Source: Octopus vulgaris
Taxonomy: Eukaryota
Reading direction: 5' to 3'
Assembly (NCBI GenBank): GCA_951406725.2
Contig: OX597822.1
Location: 40,176,001-40,240,000 of the forward strand
Length of the DNA: 64,000 bases
Made by a program: the position numbers and the translations under genes. Within the stretch, counting starts at the first letter, position 1, and every line of letters begins with the position of its first letter. The notes beneath the pieces are model-generated. The model was given only the letters and a program-made list of their open reading frames with translations. It had not been told where the DNA came from and searched no databases. Of the stretch, positions 38,886-51,287 are shown in pieces.

Positions 38886-39075
38886 GTGTGTGTTCGACTC
38901 ACAACACTTGACAACGGGTTCTGGTTTATGTACGGCCATGTAACTTAGTTGTCTAGGCAAAAGTAATCGAATAGTATCAGTCTTAAAATAACGCTCGGGG
39001 AACGATTTGATCGACTAAACTCTTCAAAGCGATACTCTAGCAAGGCTGAAGTTCAATCCCCGAAACAAGTAAGAG
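38690..39075 (+). mobile_element. Degenerate family A SINE
   Basis: TTCGGGTTCAGTCTCATTG, TTCTACTATAG-like block, CTTGACAAC, CGATTTGATCGACTAAA. Confidence 0.55.
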
Positions 39076-39417
39076 AACAAGCTTCTTTACATGGTGCAAA
39101 ATTAGGTATCCTGAGATAAATGCATATAACAATAGCCACATGTGTATTCATGACATCAGTAGGATCATAAGAGAGTTGTTAGGTAAAAAACCCAAACAAA
39201 AAACAAAATATTGCATCTGTTTATTGTAGCTAATGTAAGTTTTGAACTAAAACTTTCTGGGAATAAATTTTCGGCATCAAAATACCTTACAGTTTTGTTA
39301 TAAAATAAAAAAGACAAAATTTGAGCTGTCTTTAATGAATCGTTAAATACACCAAGAATGTTTTGGGGCACTTTGAGAAGACTACCTTATATATATATAT
39401 ATATACATTCTTTTGTA

Positions 39418-39503
<86 letters not shown>

Positions 39504-39511
39504 AAAATGTA

Positions 39512-39894
39512 TCTCTCTCTATATAAACGGCAGTTTGTCTGTGCGTGTTTCTGTGTGTCTGTTTGCTTGTACCCTCACCCTGACCACGGCTTTCAACCGA
39601 TTCTGATGAAACTTGACACACACATAGCCCAATGTCATAATTCAAAACTAACGCAGCGAAAATTTTGAAAAGTTCCCCCAGTTCTGAAGAAAATCGATAA
39701 ATTCGACATGGGGTCGAGAATCAGAAACACGAACAACAAACTGTCTAGGGGACGCAACTCCACCTTTTTTAAATCTCAAAAAAAAAATTTACCATTTTTT
39801 TCCATTTTTTTGCTATTTTTTGGCTATAACTCTCTAAAAATGCTTTATAGTCATTTCCCTTACAAACCCGAGCAACGCCGGGCGATACTGCTAG
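39512..39894 (+). mobile_element. Non-autonomous Helitron with intact termini
   Basis: 5' A|TC, 3' hairpin CCCG-AGCAACGC-CGGG followed by CTAG|T, no TSD. Confidence 0.9.
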
Positions 39895-41213
39895 TAAATA
39901 TATATAAAGATTTGTGTGTATATATATATATATATTTATCTATTTGTGTATGAGTCTGTGTGTATATATGTATGTATGTATATATATATGTGTGTATATA
40001 TATGAATGTATATAGGTATATATATGTATGCATGTATATATGTATGTATGTATATGTGTTGTAGCTGTAACACAGATATCTCGAGACAAGCAAATATTTC
40101 GAATCCATGTTATCTAAATATTGATTGTTTTATATTGATCGCTGCATGTCAGTTCGATGTGATCCGGTAACACAACAAAAACAACAGCAGTGATATAAAC
40201 AATAACAACAACAGCGTGAAATTTCCTCTACATTTCTATAGCAATGCCACCCTTGAATACCGCAACTAATCCACCCACCCTAACGCTGTATTGCTTAATG
40301 CTATTATCAGTATATCCTTCATCACCATAATTCAACCAGTACGATTATCCACACCTCTGCTACTACCAATATCACAATCGACACTACCACCCCACTATTA
40401 AAATCATTAATAATAACCTACGTCACCACTAATACCACGACCATCACTACCAACACTATTATTAGCACCATTAGAACCACCACACCTTCCACCGCTACTA
40501 GTCTTACACAATCGCCACCACCGCCACCTCGAATAACAATAACAACGACACAATAACCACCACAACCAACAACAAAAAATACCTTAACTACACTTATCTT
40601 CCCCCGAAACCAATCTGAGGACGCCATTTGCAGTTCACAGGAAGTGACGTCAACATTGTGTGAAGCGAGTGTAAAGATGATGGCCCGAAGCTGAAGTGTT
40701 CTGTCTTTCTTTTAGATCTGTGTCTTTGTAGTTATGTCTGGCCTCTTTCTATCAAAATTTGCAATCAGACATACACACATATGTAACTGCGTGCACATAT
40801 TGAAATATATACATCCATACATACCTTCAAATTATTCTATATATACGTGCATATATACTTGTGTCTAGCCTTAAGTTTTTTCCATATATGCGTACATAGA
40901 TGCATATACGTGTGTGTGTGTGTCTATATGTGCATATATGTGTGTTTGTGTGTGTATATGTGTGTGTGTATGTATATGTGTATATATATGTGTATATGTG
41001 TGTGTATGTATGTATGTGTGTGTATATATGTGTGTGTTTCTGTTGTGTTTACACGCGTGCACGTGCCAGAGTGGGTAGAGGTGCTACTGTAATATGATAT
41101 TATTTTTATTTGTGATTATCTATATGTAGGTTTATGAGAATGGTTATATCTGTGACTCGTATTATTTATTGTGTGTATATGTCTGGAAATAGGTCTCTAA
41201 TTTACCCCTCTAT

Positions 41214-41267
<54 letters not shown>

Positions 41268-41801
41268 ACACACACACATATATATATATATGGATTAGTA
41301 TTTGTGCATTGCTGTAATGTTTATGTATAGGAATACATTCATGAATCTGTACTGGAGTTCCTTCAACGTAAATATTTACACATACGCGCATATATATATA
41401 TATATATTATAGTTTCATGTACGTCTAGATATATATATATATACATACACTCAAGCATGCACACGTACATACTCATTCACACACCTTGTCTGTATTATTG
41501 GTAATGATGGAAATAGGGGGAATGATATTTCATGTGATTCGTGTTTATCTAATTATGTTTGTGAAGAGAGATGATGTGATGGAACACGTGCTGGTTGGGA
41601 GATGGGTTTTGTTCGTATATGTGTATGTGTATGCATGCACGCGCGTTGTTGGTGTGTGCCATATTTCTGGGTCATTATGTTAGCGTGCGGTGTTAATGTG
41701 TTGCTTTGGTGTGTTACATAGACGTACTTTGCATCGTAAACGTATTACTTAGCTGTGTTATGTAGATGGTATATAGATATTTTATATGCAAGTGTTATGT
41801 T

Positions 41802-42074
41802 GTGGAGGCACATGGCCTAGTGGTTAGGGTTCGAGGGATCGCAGGTTCGAATCTCAGACCGGTCGATGTGTGTGTTTATGGGCGAAACACCTAAGTTCCA
41901 CGCGGCTCCGGCAGAAGGTAATGGGGAACCTACTCTGCTGACATTTTCGCCACAGCTTTCCTACACTCTTTCCTCCTGCATCTAGCAGCTCACCTGCGAC
42001 GGATCGGCGTCCCGTCCAGGTGGGGAACCTACACGGCCGTTATGAGCCAGGCATGGCTCGAGAAGGAACAAACA
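41802..42074 (+). mobile_element. Family D tRNA-derived SINE with 12-bp TSD
   Basis: TGGCCTAGTGG and GGTTCGAATCTC boxes, tail GCTCGAGAAGGAACAAAC. TSD AAGTGTTATGTT at 41790-41801 and 42075-42086. Confidence 0.9.
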
Positions 42075-42099
42075 AAGTGTTATGTTTGTGTTATTTAAG

Positions 42100-42380
42100 A
42101 TATAGGACACGTTTGAAGCTCTTCAAAGACCAGCTGAAACACCATCTGACCCAATCAGGGATCGAACCCACAGTGTGAGAAGTAGCTGCAGCACACAAGG
42201 AGGTGGGACAAAACTGCATCCTGGTTATTGCAAGCAACTTTTAGAAGGCCGGAGCTACTATGGTGGATGAGAAATGCCGAAGAAGGACAGATCCATCGTC
42301 ACGATCCCCATCAGACCAAAGCTTGCATATTTCTCAGCTGGCGTCTTCATGACCTTTGGGAGTCCAGATAAGATTTAGTT
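42100..42380 (+). pseudogene. RTE-clade LINE ORF2 C-terminal relic
   Basis: Frame reads LKLFKDQLKHHLTQSGIEPTV*EVAAAHKEVGQNCILVIASNF*KAGATMVDEKCRRRTDP, matching the RTE pattern KRFKDxLK..GI...WE..A..R...FE....EKR.RRK with W and E mutated to stops. Confidence 0.6.
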
Positions 42381-43279
42381 GTTGAAAATTGTGCAATAAA
42401 TCAGTTATACTTTTTCAATACACAAAATATTTTAACAATTCTTTTTTTATACGATTCCTAATAATTTTATATAAAAATATAGGATTTTAAAAAATATCGA
42501 ATGGCCATGGGGTTCCAGTAGAGTGAAATAGGAATCAAAGCGGTCTACACGCAAAAAATGGTTGAGAACCAACAGTTTACATAGTTACCTGAGGTCTTGC
42601 TGCTTTTCCTAATTATGTTTGGACACAAAAACCAGCTATCGTGTAGATATATTATAATCAGATGTAGCTCAGGGGTCTCGTAACTTATGATTTTTTAAAA
42701 ATCAATACAGCTGTTTTCGCAAGTATTACTATCGTAGGCTGCAGAGAAAGATGGAAGAGAAAATGTGATGATCAAATCTGTTCTCATGTCAAGTGGAACA
42801 TATTGGCATTGAACCTACGTTGGCAAACTTCTTGCTTTGTGGTAATGGCTTTCGTTCCAACCAGCCACAACAATAATGTTTAGAATACAAATTAGACTAT
42901 GTTATAAACCGCAGTATATCACTGGTATAATGTCAAGGCTATCTGTTTTTGTCTTACGGATCTCAATACAAAATCCGTCTTCCCAGTTTCACTCAGATAC
43001 TCGACTCCATCTGAAATGAAGCTAGAAGTTAGGAGCGAGCCCATGATGACATGGAATGGTATCAAAATCAGTGTCTCATTATTGCGAAATAAAATTCTTA
43101 ACCACTCGCTTACATACTCACATACATGTAATAAAAAAATATTTACATTGTATATATGTCCACTAATATGCATAACATTGCTTATACATACATACACATT
43201 TACACAAGACGTAGAGATATTTACACAAGACATAGACACATATACGTACGGATATAAGCATCTGCATAGAAATATAACA

Positions 43280-43615
43280 CGTGTACATTGTTTACATTTG
43301 ACGGATATTTGTTCTCCTCTTGTTTGTTGTTAACACAACGTTTCGGCTGATATACCCTCCAGCCTTCATCAAGTGTCTTAGGGAAATTTCAAACCTGCCT
43401 TCTCATTCCTAAGGTATTTTTCGATATGATTATTATTATAACATCGCAAAGTACCTTAGGAATGAGAACCCAGGTTCGAAATTTCCCCAAGACACCTGAT
43501 GAAGACGGGAGGGTATATCATCCGAAACATTGTGTTAACAACAAACAAGATGACGTCACATATCCGTCAAATATAAACAATGTACATAATTCCTCATCTC
43601 TTAAGTATAGAACTA
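43280..43615. mobile_element. Palindromic Penelope-like element, family P1, with a hammerhead motif in each arm
   Basis: Arms ~43280-43417 and ~43452-43586 are inverted copies. Minus arm reads GACAC TTGATGA A GGCTGG..TCAGCC GAAAC GTT GTGTT (43332-43377); plus arm has CTGATGA at 43496. Confidence 0.75.
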
Positions 43616-44644
43616 CAACACGTGTGTTGCTATCTATATATGTGTATGACTGCCTGTCAGTCTGTCTGTCTGTCTGTCTGGCTGTATATCAACATTTTCA
43701 AACAAATATTAGATGCTTATTATTTACAGCTTTATTTGCTTCGAGATTTACCATTCATAAAACGAATTAATTTACGTTTTCGAAGTTTCTAAACTCTTAT
43801 GACGTCATCAATAAATTAATTTGTGTAGTGTGTGTGTATAAATAAACATATGTGATGTATATGAGCATACTACAAGGAAAACCATTACTGCATATAAACA
43901 CTAACATATGCATGAGTATATACAAATATACATAAAAATGTATACAAACATACGACAGCAGAAACCACTTGTAAATGTGTGTGTATATGTGCACGTACAC
44001 ACACACACAGACCACGCACTCTCAGTCGCATATCTACATATACATACCAGCACACTTTTAGAAGAAAGGTCGGAAGATTTCACCACTTGTCACGTGTTAT
44101 ATGGGCCAAAGTTCAAGAGGTTGAGCAGTAATTCTTACGATACGACCTTTCACCTCCCGAAACTAGGTTGTGATCGTGACGAGGTCAATCGGTGACGTAG
44201 GTATGCCATAGGTTACCAATTCATTCAAGATGTCTGACCTTTTTATTTTAGCTAGCGATGTTACTATGGTGGTCTATTTCCTTAAACATGTGGTTAACTG
44301 GAGGGAAATAACGATGAAATGTGTGGTGGTGGTGTGTGTGTGTGTAAGGGGGGGGGGCGGTGTTTCATTGAAATGTTGTGTGTATTTACTTGCGTACGTT
44401 TGAGATCGTATGTTTGTATGGTTTTGTTTTTGCGTACATATGTGAATTTCAGTGTATGCATGTATGTAAAAATGCATGTATGTGTATACAGTCAAATAAA
44501 TATATCTGAAAGGAAACTTTCAGAACTAGAAGCCACTCTATTAAAGAATAAAAGATTCTATTAAACGCCAGGAATAATAAATATTAGGTTGAAATAAAAA
44601 TTATTAAATAAATATGGCCAAGTTTCGCTCTGTATGAACCTATT

Positions 44645-44675
<31 letters not shown>

Positions 44676-44764
44676 TACAATGTAATACACGCTTGTGTAT
44701 ATAATACACACGCACACCACACATAAACGAACGCTCGTCTCCTATATATATATATATATATATT

Positions 44765-45152
44765 GGCGCAGGTGTGGCTGCGTGCTAAGAAGATTGCTTC
44801 CCAACCATGTGGTCCCAGATTCAGTTCCACTGCGTGGTACCTTGGGCGAGTATCTTCTATTATAGCTGACTAGAACCTTGTGACTGGATTTGGTTAACCG
44901 GAAACTGAAAGAATCTCGCCGTATATATATATGCATATCTGTATGTGTGTGTCTGTGTTCATGCCACCATCACGTCTTGACAACTGGTGCTGTGTTTTTA
45001 CATTCCCCCCGTAACCTAGCAGTTTGGCAAATGTAACCGATAGAATGAGTACAAGGCTTCAAAAAAATTAGTACTGGGGACAATTCATTCTACAAAAAAA
45101 TTCTTCAAGGCGGTGCTCTAGCATGGCCGCAGTCTGAAACAAGTGAAAGAAA
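44765..45152 (+). mobile_element. Family A SINE
   Basis: Complete, moderately diverged copy. Confidence 0.85.
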
Positions 45153-45296
45153 AAAAGAATATTGATTGAATTACGATAAGCACTATGTATTGAGCACGTT
45201 CGTCTCCATTAGAGAATGAATGCCCGAAGGGGATGAAAGCGCTCAAGAAATAGTGTGTGTGTGTGTGTGTGTATGTATATATATATATATAGATAT

Positions 45297-45637
45297 AGAC
45301 AGGCGTGGCTGTGTGGTAAGTAACTTGCTTCCCGACCATATGGTTCCGGGTTCAGTCCCACTTCGTGGCATCTTGGGCAAGTGTCTTCTATAGCCTCGGA
45401 CCGACCAAAGCCTTGTGAATGGATAAAGGCAACATAGTTGCGTTAACAAAGGGATGTGGGTTCGACTCCCACGCAGATAGGAAAATCATTTTTTCTATCG
45501 GGGGCTTATGTGCCCCTTTATTAGACTATTTTCCTTAGTCATTGCGCGGTGATCGCCATATAAAAATACCATTATTATTATTTACATGATTGTAAAAACG
45601 TTGCCGTATAAAAAAAAAACATTTGCATCGAAAGCAC

Positions 45638-45716
<79 letters not shown>

Positions 45717-45925
45717 GTGTGTGTGTTTGTGTCTGTCCCCCCCCCACCATCGCTTGAAAACCGATGTTAGTGTGTTTACGTCCCAATAACGTAGCGTGTT
45801 CGGCAAAACACATCGATAGAATAAGTATTAGGCTTACAAAGAATGTCCTGAGGTCGTTTTGTTCGACTAAAGGCGGTGTCCCAACACGGCCGCAATCAAA
45901 TGACTACAACAAGAAAAGAAATAAA
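45297..45925 (+). mobile_element. Family A SINE with foreign sequence replacing its centre (~45424-45640)
   Basis: Head at 45297-45423, 3' half at 45716-45925. Confidence 0.7.
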
Positions 45926-45964
45926 AGAAAGAATCCTCATTCTGTCTACCTCCTACTTATATTG

Positions 45965-46283
45965 TGAAGGCGCGTGGTTTAATGGCTACGATATTCGGCT
46001 CACGGTCGTTATGTCGTGAGTTCGATTCCAGGTGGCGCTTTATGTCCTTGGGCAAGACAGTTTATGTCACATTGCTCCACTCCACTCTGCTGGTAAAAAT
46101 AACTTGTGCCTGTAATTTAAAGGAACAGCCTTGTTCCATTCTGTGTTATGCTGAATCTCTCTGAAAACTACCTTAAGGGTACTTTGTGGAGTGTTCAGCC
46201 ATTTGCACGTTGATTTCATGAGCAGGCTATTCCGTTGATCGGATCAAGTGGAACACTCATCATCGTAACTGACGGAGTACCAG
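45965..46283 (+). mobile_element. Family C tRNA-derived SINE
   Basis: GGCGCGTGGTTTAATGG, GAGTTCGATTCC, GTCCTTGGGCAAGAC, 3' block ending CGTCGTAACTGACGGAGTACC-like. A diverged reverse copy of the 3' block lies at ~62660-62830. Confidence 0.75.
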
Positions 46284-46668
46284 TCTTTACTTTATTAATA
46301 TATAAAATCTATACACCAATAAATACTATCCACACAAACATACATACACACACACTTTAAATCGCTCTAATAATTTAGCTACTTAATGCACTCGAGGATT
46401 TTGGATAAAATAAACATTGAACATTAATGAACGAAGCAGTAAACAAATTTGAGGAGCGAAAATAAATATTCTTTAATCCATCTTGTATATAAATACTTTA
46501 AATTACGCTCGATTCCAACACGTGTGTAATTTTGTGATGATTAAAAGTAGTTGGACGATTTAGCAACTCTTTTCAGCATATAGAGTAGATCTTTTATGCC
46601 CTTAATTCTAATTTATATTTATGATTTCACCTTAACCGGTCTCTCTCTCTATGTATATATGTATGTAT

Positions 46669-46681
46669 AAATTTTTACGAC

Positions 46682-46712
<31 letters not shown>

Positions 46713-46727
46713 GTATATATATATATG

Positions 46728-46784
<57 letters not shown>

Positions 46785-46817
46785 TTTTACGATTTTATCC
46801 TCTATTTTATATATATT

Positions 46818-46849
<32 letters not shown>

Positions 46850-46881
46850 AATTTTTACGATTTTATCCTCTATTTTATATA

Positions 46882-46925
<44 letters not shown>

Positions 46926-47054
46926 AATTTTTACGATTTTATCCTCTATTTTATATATATATATATATGTATATATATAAATTTTTACGATTTTATCCTC
47001 TATTTTATATATATATATATATGTATATATATAAATTTTTACGATTTTATCCTC

Positions 47055-47101
<47 letters not shown>

Positions 47102-47122
47102 AATTTTTACGATTTTATCCTC

Positions 47123-47162
<40 letters not shown>

Positions 47163-47180
47163 TTTTACGATTTTATCCTC

Positions 47181-47223
<43 letters not shown>

Positions 47224-47249
47224 AATTTTTACGATTTTATCCTCTATTT

Positions 47250-47281
<32 letters not shown>

Positions 47282-47302
47282 AATTTTTACGATTTTATCC
47301 TC

Positions 47303-47345
<43 letters not shown>

Positions 47346-47366
47346 AATTTTTACGATTTTATCCTC

Positions 47367-47418
<52 letters not shown>

Positions 47419-47450
47419 GTATATATATAAATTTTTACGATTTTATCCTC

Positions 47451-47498
<48 letters not shown>

Positions 47499-47531
47499 AT
47501 ATATAAATTTTTACGATTTTATCCTCTATTT

Positions 47532-47564
<33 letters not shown>

Positions 47565-47595
47565 GTATATATATAAATTTTACGATTTTATCCTC

Positions 47596-47639
<44 letters not shown>

Positions 47640-47762
47640 TTTTACGATTTTATCCTCTATTTTATATATATATATATGTATATATAAATTTTTACGATTT
47701 TATCCTCTATTTTATATATATATATATGTATATATAAATTTTTCCGATTTTATCCTCTATTT

Positions 47763-47794
<32 letters not shown>

Positions 47795-47815
47795 AATTTT
47801 TACGATTTTATCCTC

Positions 47816-47857
<42 letters not shown>

Positions 47858-47935
47858 AAATTTTACGATTTTATCCTCTATTTTATATATATCTATAGTT
47901 ATATGATTTTTAACAGTTTTATCCTTTATTTTATA
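46669..47935. repeat. Minisatellite array: 28-bp core AAATTTTTACGATTTTATCCTCTATTTT separated by variable (TA)n
   Basis: 18 near-identical cores from 46781 to ~47884, a truncated core at 46669 and a degenerate core at ~47905. Period about 50-84 bp. Confidence 0.95.
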
Positions 47936-49580
47936 TATACTCAGTAAAGTGCAGTTATTGGGGAGTCACCTCTCTAGTCAACTAGTTGCTTCAAAATCCG
48001 AGGTCGCAACCTTCACTTCAAAATCTACAAAATTTAAACTGATATTTCTTTATTAATTACAAGTAATTCGACTATAATGATATCTTTAATATTCCTTGAT
48101 TAATTTATACCCACTCATCCAAATTTAATATACAGGACCCCTAAACATTTTGAGCTGTATATCATTTTATGTATATTCAATAGAGCCTCCAGTTGTAACA
48201 CTGGTTTGAAGAAAACGTTGAGTTATCTTCCCTACTTAATTTCCAAATATGGAATTGAAAGTGAAATCACTTGAAGTTATATCCGATATCTTCTGCAGTT
48301 AGTTTTCTAGTAATTAGCATAACCTCGAAAGCTAGATTAACGTTTCTTGTTTTCATTTCATAATAATTCTAGATTATATAACACCGCCAGCTTTTCATTT
48401 GATTTTCTCGCAAATCTCAAACCACACGTTCACACTTCATCAATCTGTTTGACTACTACTACTACTACTACGTGACAATGTTTTTTTTTACCCCTTCTTA
48501 ACATTAGATTTTTACACTTGGAAAAACAAATTTTCAAGAACCTAATCAGTATTGAAATTTTTATGTCTGTCTGTTTGTCTCTCTCTGACTTCTTCTCTTT
48601 CACGTATGTATGTATGTATATATATATGAACTCTGGAGCAATCATTAGATGGACTGCTTTCTCGTTTAATTTCCTATTTAATGAAGATTAGCAGTAACAA
48701 TTGACTGAGTTTGCATACAGCCGTTCACACGCACCCCGCCACTATTCACTGATTCTCGCAAACAGACCAGAACACACACACACAGACATTTCTAACGTCT
48801 AACTTCGTAACACATGACCTATGAGAAAATTCTCTTAATCTTTTTCTAAAATTAGAAATAAAATATTCCATGCAATGGTTGTCTTTGGCAGATGTGGACC
48901 AAAGATTATGATGTGATATTACAAAATACTCACACACACACACACACACACGCACACACACACGTTCCCAATCGCAATCATGCAGGCACAAATTCTCATT
49001 TTCACACATAAGAAAACATATATTCATGTAAAGGAGGTTCTCTTCACAATCACGTTCCTAGCTCTGATGCATATTATAACTTTCCAAACAGTATATTTTT
49101 ATTTAGAGTTTCTTCCAGCCGAAAAGCTGCAGATTCTGGCTTTTCAACTACACACATTCATTATGTCATATACACAAAAGACTTTACTATGGAGCTGTTT
49201 CCGTTGCATAAATCTAATTTGATTCTGCTTATATGGCTCCATTGCAAACTAGTATTTAGTTTATACACACACACATTCTCTCTCTCTCTCTCTCTGAATG
49301 CTTTACTCGATTACCTGATTCGATTTCGTTTCGGAAGTGACACGAAAACGTGACACTGAGAAACTGCATTAACGGAGAAATACGTATCTGTCGCTCTCGG
49401 AGTCACATACAGGGCGATTTCATTTGTACAATATATTTAGAAAGGGAATTTTTCTGAAGGAAAGCTGACTGCAGCTTCTGACTTTTCAACGACACACAAA
49501 AGTTATGTATGTTATATAGATAACAACTCTGATATAGAGCTTCTATTGCATAATTCAGATTATATATACATAATTCGAAT

Positions 49581-49611
<31 letters not shown>

Positions 49612-49782
49612 TTACTTCCACAACTTAGAATCCTACACCTACGTGTTTAAATCTGTATACTTAGTTGCCGATTCTAGTTAGACAAGAATGATAATGTCGA
49701 AACCTGCCCTAGTTTTCTCCCTTAAATGAAAATATTTTAATACCCCATCACCTCTGCCTTTGTTTGTGTGTGTGTGTGTATG

Positions 49783-49830
<48 letters not shown>

Positions 49831-49920
49831 GTTATCGCCATACTAATATGGCGATAACTATTATTTTCCAGGAACGCTGCCGTGTTCTCTTTTAGAGAGA
49901 CTTAGTAATTTTAATATTTC

Positions 49921-49967
<47 letters not shown>

Positions 49968-50269
49968 TACCCACATCTACTTCACCACAATTATTTGTAG
50001 TTAGCTATTCAACATCCCTATGTGATGATACCATGAACATTAAAATTATTGCTGACACTACTCTGCTTCACATTTCTCTCCTCAGCTATTTCAATCCCTC
50101 CTCCGCTTACTCCTTCCCTTTCCATTCCCATCTGAATGTCAATTTTTTTTAACCTTTGACTTGGCCTCTAACCCCTGTCTCCCTTTTTTCTTTGTTTATT
50201 AATGTACGATGTATCTAATTATTAACTTAGCTACTTCTTTCTTTCGTTATTATTTTTAAATGTATTAAG

Positions 50270-50312
50270 TTTTTAATATAATTTATGTATTTTTGTTTAC
50301 TTTCAGGTAAGT
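50270..50312 (+). other. Candidate recursive splice site (3' splice site immediately followed by 5' splice site)
   Basis: TTTTAAT...ATTTTTGTTTACTTTCAG|GTAAGT, junction 50306/50307, in non-repetitive sequence. Confidence 0.5.
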
Positions 50313-50734
50313 GACAGTCTATATTTCTCTAGTTAACCAACTGACACACTCCGATTTTTGTGGTGGTCATAGTGGAAATAATCTGCTCCTTTTATACATG
50401 AAGATGTATATTATAACAAAAAGGACCCACGTCGCTTTATGCACAAAACTAAGGATTCTGTAAGTTTTCACTTCAATTTCTCTTCCGTTGTTGATAAAAG
50501 GTTGTTGGAATTTTTTATTTCTTTGTTTGGTAGTCGATGTTTAACTCTGATCCAGAAGATGAATTACTGGTTGACCGTCTTCGATAGTAGGTCATAAACA
50601 TAAAGATTAACTTGTAAGCGAAAGACAAACGAAAATTTCGCTTCCTAAGCACTAGGGTTACGGCTGGATCCCGGTGCACAGCACATTAAGCACAAGTCGT
50701 CTTAGTTTGGGCCAAAGACAGGAAATTACTATAT

Positions 50735-50948
50735 ACTTTTCTAGTCTTGGCACGAAGTCCGAAATTTTGAGAGAGGGGGACCAGTCGTTTAGACCGTCCC
50801 AGTACGCAACTGGTACTTAATTTATCAACCCCCAAAGGATGAATGGCAAAGTCGACCTCGGCAGAATTTTAACCCGGGATGTAAAGACAGACTAAACACC
50901 GCTAAGCATTTAGCCCGGCGTGCTAACGTCTCTGCCAACTCGCCGCCT
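50735..50948 (-). mobile_element. Family B SINE
   Basis: Full reverse match, ending at CTCGCCGCC. Confidence 0.85.
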
Positions 50949-50997
50949 TCAGGCGAATGCAATACAGAAAGCCAGGGACTTTTCAGCATCCTTTCAA

Positions 50998-51041
<44 letters not shown>

Positions 51042-51235
51042 TCAGTAGTTTCAGCGGTAAGCAGTGTTTAGGCATAAGCGAAGTTTAGATTTGTTAAGAA
51101 TATGATTGTGACATATTTCAAATTTAGGAAATTTCCTTGCAGTTACTGAAGAGAAAAAAAATTTTCTCTGATGGTAAAAGGTGTAAAAAATATGTGTTGA
51201 AATATGTAATATGTCACAAAAATATTTTAACTAAC

Positions 51236-51282
<47 letters not shown>

Positions 51283-51287
<5 letters not shown>

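Noticed and set aside
46669-47935. CRISPR array
   Set aside because: The spacers are only (TA)n rather than unique sequence, there are no cas genes, and the context is eukaryotic. It is a minisatellite.
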